From: Marsupella aquatica
Taxonomy: Eukaryota; Plantae; Marchantiophyta
Length of the DNA: 64,000 nucleotides
Reading direction: 5' to 3'
Assembly (NCBI GenBank): GCA_973895155.1
Contig: OZ316891.1
Coordinates: 2,347,324-2,411,323 of the forward strand
Below the pieces are notes generated by a model. The model ran no database searches. It saw only the letters and a list, made by a program, of their open reading frames with translations, and had not been told where the DNA came from. Positions 12,463-25,602 of the stretch are shown here, in pieces. How positions within the stretch are numbered: the first letter of the stretch is position 1; each line of letters opens with the position of its first letter. The position numbers and the translations under genes are program-made.

Positions 12463-14245
12463 ATGCCTGGGAAGTGACAAGATTTTTTCATGACGGGTTT
12501 TCCAGCGTTCATTGTCGGTGATACATTCGGAGTTTTGTCGCATGAAACTCAAATATGTGTGGCTGAGTGGATAGGTTAGTGAGAGGGCTTTCTAAAGGTG
12601 GTTAGAACTCGCTGATCGGTATCCGTGGTGTGGTGGAATCAAAGTTTGCGTCGTTCAGGTTTTATTCGTGTTCGACGGGTTTTTCGAGGGAGAGACCAGA
12701 GTTCGCATTTTTCAACGGTGTGAGTTGTGCGGTGTGGGAGGTGTTGCATGTTGTAGCTCAAGTTGAAGGTTGAAGCGAGCTGGTCGTTTTGGTAGCTGAG
12801 TTGCTGTTGAGTTGTTACTGAGTGAATCGTGATGAGAGAAGGAGGCGTTCAGGTTTTTTCACAAGCTATGGATCTTGTTCCCATCTGAATCGGGTTTCTC
12901 TTTGTGTCGTCTGACTCGGTGGAAGAAACGCAAAGTGCTACGGCTCAATGGTTTGATCCCGGCGAGGCGGTCATTTTGAGCTCGGGATTGGCACTTGACG
13001 CGGAGTGAAGTCGTCACGGCGGAAGTTATTACTCTGCTGGAGCTGCAGACTAAGCTGGTGCAATTCGGCAACTTCTCCCGTCGGCGGCGTTCACTTTTCT
13101 TGTTTAAAACGGCGGCTAATAAGGTGAGTAATCGGCATTTTTTGCTTTAGGGTAAAAATCTCATTTTAAGGGGGTCATTTGGGCCTTGTGTGTGTATGTA
13201 TACACACACCTTGCCCCCCCCTCATACTCCCCTGATACTCCCCCATTTTCTCCCCCCGTCTCCTGCTTTGGCTGCCTCACGCAGCGCCGGCCGGAGCTTT
13301 ACGCGCGACCGTGCGTTCGCTGGGGGCTGGTTGCACCCTCCGGCCGGCACTGCCTTTCCCTGCCCCTTCGCAACCGCCTCCTACCGGCGCCCCTCCCCGG
13401 CACACGGCGTCGTTTCACCCACACCCCGGCCCTGTATCTAGCTACGTATGCAGCCAAAGCTGCTACGGCGCGCCTCTCATACACCCCCTGCACGCATACC
13501 TTCGGCCCCATACGGGGTATTATTGTGAACTAAGGAGCTTAAGGACCCCCCTTAGCCCCCTTTTTTCTTGTTTTTTCTTCTCTTTGATGTTTCATCTTGT
13601 GCCGGGACCTGCCGCCCTCCGTTTTAACCGCTCCGACAAGGAGAACGGCCCCTTATGAGACCTGTCGGACTGTGCGGGTATTCCTGAAAAATAGAGAGTT
13701 GTTTTTTTGGCCATCCGACAAAGATTCCACGCGCCAAACGGTAACTATTTTGGTTCTTTTTTGGCGAGGTCGTAGCCATTGGAGTTAGCAACGCGGCGCA
13801 CCAATCAAATAGCGATTCCAATGATGGGTTATACTTGTGTATTTTGGTTATTCCCTAAGGTGGTCAAAACAGGGGAGTTTCCCAAGGTTTTACCCACCCC
13901 GATCGAAATTTGAATAACTTTTGTGTCGAATTTTGATTTTGACTTCGGCTTTCAGTATTGGACTCCTAGCTTTGTGGGCTACGTGGCGATGTTAAGTTTT
14001 GAGTTTTATGAGAAGTTTTAAAAAAAAACTTTTTTTTGTGATTGTTTCATATGAGTGACTTAGAGAATACTGGAAGAATTGGTGTCGGTGGAGCTTTAGG
14101 ATCACAAAGATTAGACAAAGAGTCTAAGGAGGAGCTGCTACCGTTTGAGGAGGAATAAGTAGCACTGGTACGATCACCGGTGCGGCGTGCAGTGGAGGAA
14201 GTTGTACTACTAACAGAGCTGTCGGTAGTGGGAAAGAAGAGGGAG

Positions 14246-17200
14246 ATGGCTAGATTTGAAGGAGTGAAGTTTGAAGTGGAGAAGTACGATGGTCGTACTA
14301 ATTACTTGTTGTGGTAGAAGCAAGTGAAGGGTGTTCTTTGGGCCATGGGCTTAGCTCATCCGCTTTCTTTGCGAGAGCAGTATGATGGAGAGGAGAAGAT
14401 TTTTGTGAAGCAGAGGAGACAGGAGCTACAGGGATTGTTGTCAATGCAATGATGCTATACCTCAAGCCGCATATCATCAAAAAACTGGATGATTGTGACG
14501 ACTGTGCATCACTCTTCAAGGCCCTAAGAGAGAAGTACTATCGGGAAGCTAGATGCGTCAGACCGGTTATACAAGAAGTCTCTCTTGATGAGCCTTAGGC
14601 TCAAGGAAAGGAGCAAGCTGCAGGATCACCTGGATGAATTTGACAGTCTAGCGGTGGATCTATCAAACCTGGGTAAGGGAGTTGAAGATGAGGATAAGGC
14701 CTTGCTTCTGCTAAGCTCCTTACCGCCATCTTATCAGGACTTGAAACAGGTTCCCTTGTACAGAGATGTGAAGTCCATTTTGTATGATGAGGTGGTGAGC
14801 TCATTATTGTCTAATGATGCTCAGAAGAAGCTGGGTCAAGCACAAACAGCATCTTCTTCTGGCACTGCGTTGAATGTGAACAGTGGAAGACCAACGTAGT
14901 GCACGAATGGACAGAATAGATTTAGATCTACATCACGGGGAGATCAAAATCCAGAGGGAAATCGCAAGAGAGGAAGTCTCTTGCATGTTGGAGATGTGGC
15001 AAGCCTGGCCACATGAAAAGGGATTGTCGAGTAAAAGACCCTATCGCATCAGCTAATGCGGCATCAAGCGCACATGAGGTAGATTTACTCGATGATGATG
15101 ACATATTGTGATGCCAAGGTTATGTTCTCAACGTAGTGTCAAATCCAGGTAGTGATGATTGGATTCTAGATAGTGCATGTACTTTTCACATTTGCTCTAG
15201 GAGAGATTTTTTTTCAGTTCTTACACGGTTTCCAACGGTTCAGTGTTGATGGGAAATGGAATCTCATGTCAAGTAGTTGGACTTGGATCTGTTAGATTTC
15301 AGATGTTTGATGATGTTGTGAGAACGTTGAGGAATATGAGACATATTCCCAACATGATGAAAATCACAAAGTAGTTGGACTTGGATCTGTTAGATTTCAG
15401 ATGTTTGATGATGTTGTGAGAACGTTGAGGAATATGAGACATATTCCCAACATGATAAAAATCACATTTCACTTGGAGTTTTAAAAGCAAATGACCATTG
15501 GTGGAGTTCTGCTAATGGTGTCCTTCAGGTTTCAATTGGTACTAAAGTTGTATGGAAGGGAAAGAGACATAAAAATCTATACGTTTTGGAGGGCAATGTA
15601 GTCTGTGATGAAGCCAATGTAACCTTATCTCATGAGGAGACGACCGGCCCGGCTGTGGCACTTCCGTTTGGGCCACATGAGTGAAAAAGGTTTGGTTGTT
15701 CTTCAGAAAAATGAATTACTTTCTAATTTGCAATCTTGTAAGTTGGAATTCTGTGAGCATTGTGTGCTTGGGAAGTAGCACAGGAAACCCTTCGGAGTTG
15801 GAACTCACACCAGCAAGGAGGTACTTGAGTATGTACATAGTGATGTGTGGGGACGAGACCCTACTCCCTCACACTCTGGACGATTATACTATGTCACGTT
15901 CATAGAAAATTACTCAAGGTAACTATATGTGGATATACTTTCTACACAATAAGTTTGATATTTTTGCCACTTTTAAGGAGTGGATAGCCCAAGTTGAGAA
16001 TCAGACTGCTAATAAGGTGAGATATCTTCGATCGAATAACGGCGGTGAATATAGTTCCGTGGAATTTGGAACGTATTGTAAGGAGCAGAGGATTACTCGC
16101 CATCTCACAACAAGTTATACTCCTCAGCAGAATGGTGTTTTTGAGAGACTCAACCGAACACTATTGGACTGCTCGAGGAGTATGTGAGTCAATCATGCTT
16201 ACCAGATGAGTTTTGGGCTGAAGCTATCAACACTACAGCTTATTTGGTAAATTTTTCTCCATCCAGTTCTATTGGATTCAAGACGCCATTTGAAATGAGG
16301 TACGGGCGTCCAACAGATTACTCACATCTGAGGATTTTTGGATGTGATGCTTATGTGCTTACACCTTCCCAGCTTCGATCCAAGCTGGAGTCCAAGTTAA
16401 AGAAGTGCATTTTCCTTGGCTATCAGAAAGGTGTGAAGGGTTATAGGTTATGGGATCCAGTAACCTGTAAGCTAATTGTCAGTAGAGATGTGTCATTTAA
16501 TGAGTCCAGATCATCAAAGGAGAGGGACAGTTCTCAGGACTCCCATACTGACAAGGGGAAATCTCCCATCCCGGACCGGGTTGAGGGGGAGATTAGTCAT
16601 GATGATGTTCATGACAGGAGAGATGGAGAAGCTCCGGACATGGAGCTGGTCCTATGATGGAACAAGAGATTGTTGTTGGGGTACCTCAAATTCAGCCAAT
16701 AGCAATAGTAGATCAGCCTGAATCATTTACTAGAAGAACTTCCAATCGTTCTAGTAGAGCTCCTACCAGGTATGGTCAATGGGCAGACTCATCTAAGCTA
16801 GATGATATTGACAATGCACTTGATGATGATATGGCTTTGATCTTGGAAGAAGGAGAGCCTTCTTCATATAGTGAGGCTTGTGCTTCAAAGCAAAAGCATG
16901 AGTGGAATGCAGCAATGCAGAGGGAGTTGCAATCTTTGAGTGACAACAAGACATGGGAGCTCGTGGAGCTTCCAAGAGGTCAGCAAGTGGTGGACAGCAA
17001 GTGGATTTACAAGTTGAAGGACAGTCCTTCAGAGGGTGGAGACAAGATCTTCAAGGCAAGGCTTGTTGCCAAGGGATTCACTTAGGAGAAATGAGTGGAT
17101 TACAATGAGGTTTTTTCACCGGTGGCTAAGTATTCCACAATTTGGATCTTGTGTCAGCTTGTTGTGTTTTTTGGTCTGGTGATGGATCAGATGGATGTTG

Positions 17201-18512
17201 TTACTGCTTTTCTCTATGGCAACTTGGAAGAGATGATCTTCATGAGACAGCCAGTAGGCTTTAATTATGAAGAAGGGCCGAGAGAACTTAGTTTGCAGAT
17301 TGCTCAAGTCCTTGTATGGATTGAAGCAATGTTCCACTGTGCAGATTGCTCAAGTCCTTGTATGGATTGAAGCAATGTTCCACTGTGCAGATTGCTCAAG
17401 TCCTTGTATGGATTGAAGCAATCTCCCAGACAATGGAACAAGCGGTTTGATGATTTCATGCTTGCTCAAGGTTTTACAAGGATGATGTATGATCCTTGTC
17501 AGTCAAGAATGATGTGTTTGGTTTCATCATTCTGGTTATCTATGTGGATGACATGTTGATTGTGGCTAAAGATCAATCTGAGGTTGACAAACTCAAGGCA
17601 AAATTGAGTTCTGAATTTAGGATGAAGGATCTTGGTATGGCCAAGAGGATCTTAGGGATGGAGATTTTTAGGAGCTCTGATACTGGACAGTTGTGCTTGA
17701 ATCAAGGCAAGTATGCGAGGAAGGTACTTTCACGATTCAACATGGAAAGTTGTAAGCTAGTGAGTATTCTTTTAGCTTCACATTTCAAGTTATCATCGGA
17801 TTTCTCTCCTACACACCCGCCTATAGATGCTGTGGAGAAAGGTTTGATGACTAAGATTCCTTATGAGAAGGCAGTAGGCAGTGTGATGTATTTGATGACT
17901 TGTACTAGGCCTGATTTGGCCCAAGCGATGGGCAAGATTAGCAGATTCATGTCAAATCCAGGGAAGGTACATTGGGAAGTTGTGTAATGGATTCATAGGT
18001 ATCTGAAGGGTACACAGGACTATGGATTACTATTTGATGCCAGATCAGATAGAACGTTAGTTAACTATGTAGATTCTGACAATGGAGACTGTCTGGATAC
18101 AAGGAGGTCTTAAACTGGGTTTGTATTTACTCTTGGAGGAGGATGTATTAGTTGGAAATCTACCTTGCAGAAATGTATATCTCAGTCTATTACAGAAGCA
18201 GAGTATGTTGCAGCAAAAGAAGCAGCAAAGGAAGAAATTTGGTTGGACAAGTTGATCGCGAAGATGGGTTTAGAGCATGGCAAAATGTCTCTAAATTGTG
18301 ATAGTCAGAGTGCTCTTCACTTGGCTGCTAACCAGCTGATGGATAGCAGGGTGAAGCACATTGATATTAGGTACCATTTTATCAGGCAAGCAGTGTCTGA
18401 TAAAACTTTTGAGCTAGTCAAGATTGATGGAAAGGTCAATCCCGTTGATGCCTTTACCAAAGTGATTCCTTTGGAGAGTTTCTCAAGACACCGTGCTACT
18501 TTGCAGGTTTGA
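14246..18512 (+). pseudogene. Copia gag-pol, disrupted by multiple stops and frameshifts
   Basis: MARFEGVKFEVEKYDGRTNY (gag start), LLLLSSLPPSY, zinc knuckle CWRCGKPGHMKRDC, protease WILDSACTFHIC, integrase HSDVWG / LRSNNGGEY / NGVFERLNRTL, RT FKARLVAKGFT / YVDDML, RNase H CDSQSA / KHIDIRYHFIR. Split over several short ORFs. Confidence 0.95.
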
Positions 18513-18721
18513 CAATTGTAGTGCAAGTAGAGTTATTTAGCAACGTGTGACTATTTGTATATGGATTATTCATTCCAGTTTGGCTACGGCTTAGTTCTAG
18601 TTAACCCTTAGTTAACCCTTGTGGTTTGTAGGGGAAAACTCGTTTAGGTGATTGTCTAGAACTTCCCATTGAGGATTCCATATGGTTGCAATTAGTCCAG
18701 TCCCCAAAACAAGGGGGAGTT

Positions 18722-19150
18722 TGTTAGATATTGGCCAATTCTGGGCTAGATATTGCTCTACATGATAAACTATTATGCACTATTATCGATCTCTTCGAAC
18801 CTTGCCCTGAGCGGGATGCTCTAGTCTTGTGACTCGTGAGCTAACCATAGTTAGGCTAACTTGGGTTAGGACTTAGCTATTGTTAGCGGTAGTGCTATTG
18901 TGAATATAGCCAGGGCTGATGCAAGACCCTGGTGGAACTTAGGCTCATTGTTACAGAGCTAGTTGAGAGATAGGGGGAGCTTGTGTTGTGGATGCTTGGT
19001 ATGGTCGTTCTGTCTAGAGTGAAGTAAAGCTCTTGTGTGTTCCCGTGGACGTAGCCTCATGTGGAGGTGAATGACATATCTCTCTGTGTCGACTCTTGTA
19101 CGTTGGATGGTTCATGGGCTTCCCATTGCGATTGTCGTCTATGCTCAACA
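18722..19150 (+). repeat. 3' LTR (429 bp)
   Basis: Preceded by the PPT; TGTTAGATATTG...TATGCTCAACA followed by TSD AGGTA. Confidence 0.95.
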
Positions 19151-21580
19151 AGGTAAAACATGGTTTCCAAAGACCAAATTGGGAATATTCCAAAAAAGAG
19201 AGGAATAAAATTATTGTAAAAACTTTTTGGAGGGTGTCTATTCTCAAAAAAAATGTTGTGCCTTATATGTGACCCACCTTAGAGTGAGGCCCCCAAGGGT
19301 GGTGCATTTTGAGTTTAGAGGAGCAAAATGGAGCACAGGTGGAAATGCTTTTGCTGGTTCCAAAGCTTAAAACCACAATTGTCACATTGTCCATAGACCA
19401 TAATTAGTCAAACATCTCACTAAAAACACAAAAAGTTGGGGCCCGAGTTGGGGGAAAAGGGTAAATGAAGCCCAAACAGACCAGCCGGTTTGCAAAGCTG
19501 CCCAGATAATTATACTCACACTGCAACTCAGGCAACCGTCTTCTTGGCTCAGGTTTGATATACCCTACATGTTATTTATTAGACCCGGAAGTGCAATGAT
19601 TCTAGAAAAAAAAGACAAAATAACTTTGAAAATTCATAGCTTTCTCAATTCTAATGATACTAGAGTAGGCTGTACAGCACTTTCCAAATAGCTTTCCAAA
19701 TAGCTTTCCAAATAGCTTCTAACCAGCCAAGAATAGCCGATTTGGTGACACAGCAAAGGAGAAATCAAAAGAAGAATTTGGCTGGTAAAAGGTTTCTGGA
19801 AGTGGAAGAGTGGTAATGATTGAGGGTATAAGAAATTTTGTCATGGTCCATGCCGGTTGTAGGGCAGGCTACCTTTGTCAATCAAGGCACCATTCTTGTA
19901 AATTTATAGGTTCCAGAATTAGACTCATGTGACTGATTTGGGAAGAAAAAATCTTAGGGGTCTCGCTGTATGGAGGCCCCCACATCACCTGCTATGTTTG
20001 TACGTTGGGTTGGGAACACCCTCAAACATTAGAAAAGTTATTTTGGAATTGTTTTACCTTTATCAAGTTGGAATATTTCAAAAACTTGTTTTTAAAGCCA
20101 TATCTTTTCTGTGAGTCTCAAAATTGGATTAAAACAACCTTAATGTTCATAAACATGAAATTGTAAGCATTTTCCTTAGAATGTGCTAATAGAATGATCC
20201 TATGCTTTGTTTCACGTGATTTCACTGAACTGAGACCCTGGAGTAAAATAAGATGCTTGTATCTATTTCTATCCACCATATGATAGGGATAGCCAGCCAA
20301 GTGAGAGCGTTTTGGTACTCTGAAATTGTTCACAGCAACAAGAGGGAAGCCCTTGTTCCTTGTGTTGCCTTGTCCTAGTCTCGACTCTCATTTGTGCTTT
20401 GGAACCAAGAGATGACCCAACCATGATCATCATTGGAGTGTTGCATAGTGTCGGCCCATTGTAGGGGAACAATACCAAGGGATTTTAGAGGGACCGAGAG
20501 AGAGACCCCTACCAAGAGGAAGAGAGGGTTAAATTAGGCCCCCAAAGTAGCCAGCCAGGGGCCAAGGGAATAACGAGCACACCACTCCCCTTTCACTGCA
20601 CAACCCACCACACCCACTCACCACATCCCCTCTAGGCCATAGTGGGTAGAGGGGGTAATTGAACCTGGCTGGGACCTCTGGGTTCCATGCAAATCCCCTG
20701 GTCAACTTACTGGAGTGGAATCCAGTTGATTCCCCATCTCCATTCTGCTGGAAAATGGGTAGAGCACTCCCACCAGTCCACAACTGCACCAGGCAGGGAG
20801 TGAGTCAAGGGATAAGGGTCCAACTTATGTAGCCAAGGGAAAGTGCAAATGAAGGCATGATTGCTTGAATCCATCTCAAGTTACTCAAGGTAAGTCTCTT
20901 TCCTAAGCTCGTGGTTACTTTAAGTTACATTTGCATTACAAATTCCATAATATCTTATTATAAAAGCGCAATGTAAAGCCTACTTTAAGGGCCTACGTCT
21001 TAGAGTGAATCCTCTAGGCAGTAACAAAGACTCTAGACAGTAACTCCCAATACAGAAAACTGATAATGAGTCTCAACTGCCAACACAAACAAAACTGATA
21101 ATGATTCTCAATAAAGACAAGACTTAAAATGAGGATGGACAAGTGACATTAACTCTAAATAAAGACAAGACTTAAAATGAGGATGGACAAGTGACATTAA
21201 CTCTAAATAAAGACAATAATGAAATGAAGGAGGACAAACAAACCATGGGGGCAAAGATTATTGTGCCATATATTTTTTTCTTCATAACTAATCTTCATAT
21301 CTATGTAGTCCAAGGAAAGGGTAATTGGGCTAGTTATTGTAATGGCTTGTTTGGTGTGCACCGGTGGGATTGCTTTTACTTCAGGGTCCACAATTGAACA
21401 GCTGTTTTGGGGGTGGAGGTGGGTGGGGCCAGGGCACGGAGATTGCCAAAATTACTCTAAAAACAAAATCCCCTAAGGTGGCCCCTAAGGTGGCCCCTAA
21501 GGTGGCGACTAGCCCTAGAACCAAGATAGGAACTCTAGAGTGTGGAAAGGCATGAGGCCGCTGTAGTTACTAAAAGGACA

Positions 21581-22748
21581 ATGTCCTGGTTAGAGGGCAT
21601 TGTGAGATATAAATGCCCATAACCAGGGATGTACGTACAAATTGAGAGTGTTTTTTTGTGAACAGACAAGAAAAAATGAATCTCTAAAGTTGAAAATAGA
21701 AGTTAATGGGCCATGCAAGAAGTGATTACTATGAAATTGACCAAAAACATGAAATAAGTTAAGCAAATCTTGTGATCTCCTATACAAATTATTATTTTGT
21801 TTTATATGGTAAAATCATATACCTTCCATGCCCCAGTGTTTATGGTGTTTTGCATAGTCCCCTTCCCAAAAGAAGGGAGGCTGTATGGAAAATTAATGCA
21901 CCCCAAAATACAAAGTGAGAAATCACAAAGTCTTTAAGTAGTATGCATATGGAATTGTATAGGTGTTCTGGCTAAGGCACTGGCACACTGCATTCAACCG
22001 TGGTAAATGGCAAATATTTGAATAGAAAATTTTAGCCAGTATCATTTGCCAACTGGTTTAAACAAAAAAACTTTTAAAAAAATTACACAACCATGCAAAA
22101 AAGCTATGGCCAATTGTTATGGCCAAAAGCCATTTGGGTATCTCAAACTATTGCCTTAAGGGCTGAAACTTTTTAGACGGAAGATCTTTTGCCAGCTGGT
22201 TTTTAAGGTAAGTGATTCAAGAAATTTTGCCCACACAAAATGGCTGCCACCCTCACATACCCTCCAGGCCCAAGTGTGGAGAGAGGGTAGTTGAATTTGG
22301 CCTCTTGAATCCATAAAGACTTTTGTGATTTTTCTCTTCTGTTTTTTGAGTGCATATATATTTTCCATACAGCCTCCCTTCTTTTGAGGAGGGGATTATG
22401 CAAAACATCTTAAATGTAGGAAATGTAAACCCAAACATAATTTTATCATATAAAACAAAAATAAATTATATCACTAAAGCTTTTAACTTTTTCCATGTTT
22501 TTGGCCAATTGCATAGCAACCTCTTGTTGCATGTCCCTTTAATTTATATTTCACTAATTCACTTTTTCTCATCTTTCCCAAAAAATCACTCAAGTTTTTC
22601 TGTACACTAATATATACTGGTTTTGGGCAGTATGAGAATAATGCACCTCAAAACTTGGGGCAGCATGAAAATAATGCCCCTCAAAAACTTGGGTTACAGC
22701 ACTCGTTTTGGGTGCATTGTATCTCATAATGCCCTCTAACCAGGACAT
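21581..22748. mobile_element. Non-autonomous long-TIR (Mutator-like/foldback) DNA element
   Basis: Termini ATGTCCTGGTTAGAGGGCATT(G/A)TGAGATA are inverted. Inverted similarity continues for ~350 bp (e.g. AAAAGAAGGGAGGCTGTATGGAAAAT ~21868 vs ATTTTCCATACAGCCTCCCTTCTTTT ~22360). No transposase ORF; TSD not clear. Confidence 0.8.
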
Positions 22749-23369
22749 CAGCTCTATGCATGCCACAGCCCTTGGCCAATTAGAGAAGTAAATGAAAGGA
22801 TAGGAGCCCTCCCTGTAAGAATCATTCCCATCAGCGAACGAAAAGAAAAGACTACTCCCACGAAGACACGGACGATGAGTAATACTTCATTCACTCTTTG
22901 CTTTTTCTCCCTTGATTGGGTTTCTTGTGTGAGGGATTTGTCTCCCGGTTGGGTGCTCTTTGGTTTTGGCAGTCTGGTATTATTTGATTCGAAGACCAGC
23001 AATTCATTGTCAGTCAGTACCCATTGTTACTACCCCAGATTCCTAATGTAGATACTTGTAAGCGTTGTATGTACTAGATGTTGTCGATGGGAAGAAGTCA
23101 TCGGTGAACTTCTGAATTTGATGGAAAACTGGGTGTAGACATGACGCACAACGTTGAAGCGTCATCAAGATTGTCACAGTCGCTTCTCTGTTCACATTCA
23201 CCGATGCCACACTTGGGTTCGGCAGTCGTCTTGGCGCTGTACGAGTAGCGTTAGAACAGTGGCAACGGAAATTGAGTGCCACTTTGCTTCAGGAGAGAGA
23301 CGTTATGCAATTTCCAGAGGCAGAAGTTGGGGACAGAGTAATCTGACTTGTAGACGAAGTGATTGGAAG

Positions 23370-25602
23370 ATGTGTGGGCGCAGGATGAGGGCTGTTCGAG
23401 CAGTCTGGTTGGCGCTCTCGATTGTTGTGGTCGCGGCGATTCTTGCTAGTGTTATTTCGCCCGCATCAGCTCAGGAATGCCCCTTGCTCTTCTCACCCAC
23501 TGACGTTGTACCATCTGATTCCTACAACTATTCCTCACCTGCGTTTGTGAGTCTGTTCTCGTCTCTCAAGAGCAGCATTGGGAGCTACATTGCTCAGCAT
23601 AAAATTCAATCGTACGCAGTTGCCGTCGTTCATCAGAATCGGACCATCTTCACGTCTGGATTGACCAGCACACGATTCCGGATAGCCTCCATCACGAAGA
23701 CGTTCACGGCTCTCGGAGCCTTCATGCTTCGCGATCAGGGGCGGCTTTTGCTAGACGACCCTGTCAAGAAGTTCCTCCCGGGGTTTTCGATCATCAACCC
23801 GTTCGGACAGCAGCATGACACCACTTTGCGAGAGCTCATGGGGCATGCTGCGGGATTTCCCCAACAGCTGTGCCCTTTTCTGATGACTTGCACGGACAAT
23901 GAAACGGAGATTTTGCAGCAGATTGCCGGAATGGAGCTGATATCTCCTCCATGGGGCAACTATCCGGCGTACTCGAACTTGGGCATCTCGCTACTTGGGC
24001 GAGCCTGGGAGAAGGCTACCGCTTCAAAGCAGTCGTGGGAGGATTTCGTGACGGAGAGTATCCTCAAGCCTTTGAGAATGACCAACACTGGTGTCAATGT
24101 GTCCGGCGTTGAGCTTGCTCCCAACAGCAATGTTCTGGCGCTACAGGATCTTGGTTGGAGTGCACCTGCTGCTCAAATGTGAGTACCATTGCAGCACCTG
24201 TAATTTCATTTTGTTCCTCCTCACCCATGCGTCACTGTTCTTGCCACCCTTTAACTCGGTTGATCTGCCTCTATCGATTGATTAGAGTGTGCATCCGCAA
24301 CTGTGTGAGATTGAACAACCTAATCACGCCCTAGGAATGTCTGGCAAGCCGAATCTTGGAATTGCAAGTAGTGAATTCGCAGTAATGACCTCGCAGGTAT
24401 GTTGAGAAATGGAGCTCGAATTACTCTTGTATTACAGACGATGTCTTGCATTGCTCTCGTCTAACTGAACGTAGCTTTTGGTTTTGGTCCATAAACGTTG
24501 ACACCCCAAGAATGCTGTAGTGGAGACGAGTGATTCAGTACCAAATGCGACAGGTTATACTTGACTTGACAGGATGTAGATTTTGGAATTTGGTTTCATT
24601 TGCTTGTACAAGTGACGGAAAGTCGGTTATTCCCCCCAAAATTGCAACATTGCTAGTTGAGTGTTTCCTCATAAGTTTTTGGAGCTGGGGAGGGACTCTC
24701 TGATTGTAAATTTTGGCTGAAGATTAAATTTTCAATCCATATCCAGGTATTCAACTGCGGACGACCTCGCCAAGTACCTGAAATTTTTGATCAATGCTGA
24801 GCCTCCGCTAATCTCACGAATCTCCATACGAGAATGGACGAGTCCTGCCACTATCTTCCCAGATCAGATGGGAGGTTATTCCTTCCCCTGGGAGCTTGAA
24901 AAACTTTACGAGAACTCCACTGACTTCCTCATCACGAAATCCGGTAACATCAATTACTACCTATCTCGCCTGGCTTTCGACCTTCCCGCGCAGGTTGGAG
25001 CCGTAGTGCTCGCTGTTATCGAGCCAGGCATCAGCTCAGGATCCCCTGATGAGTTATCTGACAACATCATGCGGACCGTGATCCCAGCAGTGCAGTCAGT
25101 GAACCAGCAAATGCTCGCAGATATTTATGCCGGAGTCTACACCTGCCCACGCTCTGCAAGTTTTGTTGGCCCCACTCTCAACTACAGTGTCCAGGTCGAG
25201 TCAGGCACCATCACCGTCTCCGTGTCTCCAACCGTAGGCCTCTTGGCGAATGTGGACATATCGGTGTCAAATGCTGGACAGCCGGTCACCAATGCGGAAA
25301 CTTGGGCGCTCCTCCTAAAAAACGCAACGGAGAACTCGTTTTGGTTTGGCGATGGCTCTTCGTGTAATGGCCTCGTGAGTTCTGTGAGTTCAGGCCCAGA
25401 CCTTGCGAATCCGAATACTCCAGGGAGCTTGTACACGGAAGTGGTCGTTTTTGATCCGGTGAAGGGTTCCCTCCAATGGCCAGCTCTGGCTGGCTCTTGC
25501 TACAAGGCTGGATTTGAGCCCTCCAATGGATTCCGTAATTCGCCCATCACCTTTCTAGCTGGAGTCATCGTCTCGGTCTCCTTCTTGTTCTTCACCATTT
25601 AG
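23370..25602 (+). CDS. Secreted beta-lactamase/AmpC-family serine hydrolase, copy 1, putative GPI anchor; exons 23370-24178 and 24747-25602; ~554 aa
   Basis: Signal peptide (VWLALSIVVVAAILASVISPASA/QE); SxxK FRIASITKTFT; LDDPVKKFLP; YSNLG. The GT-AG phase-2 intron restores PAAQM-YSTADDLAKY. KSG motif; hydrophobic C-terminus ITFLAGVIVSVSFLFFTI*. Confidence 0.9.

Larger units (their letters stand above)
12120..19150 (+). mobile_element. Full-length but inactivated Ty1/copia LTR retrotransposon (Tnt1/Tork-like)
   Basis: TG...CA LTRs at 12120-12448 and 18722-19150; 5-bp TSD AGGTA (12115-12119, 19151-19155); PBS TGGTATCAGAGC (12451-12462); PPT AAGGGGGAG (18711-18719); domain order gag-PR-IN-RT-RH. 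Confidence 0.97.

Noticed and set aside
23154-23369. N-terminal extension of hydrolase 1 in the ORF track
   Set aside because: Begins at TTG; the first ATG (23370) directly precedes the signal peptide.
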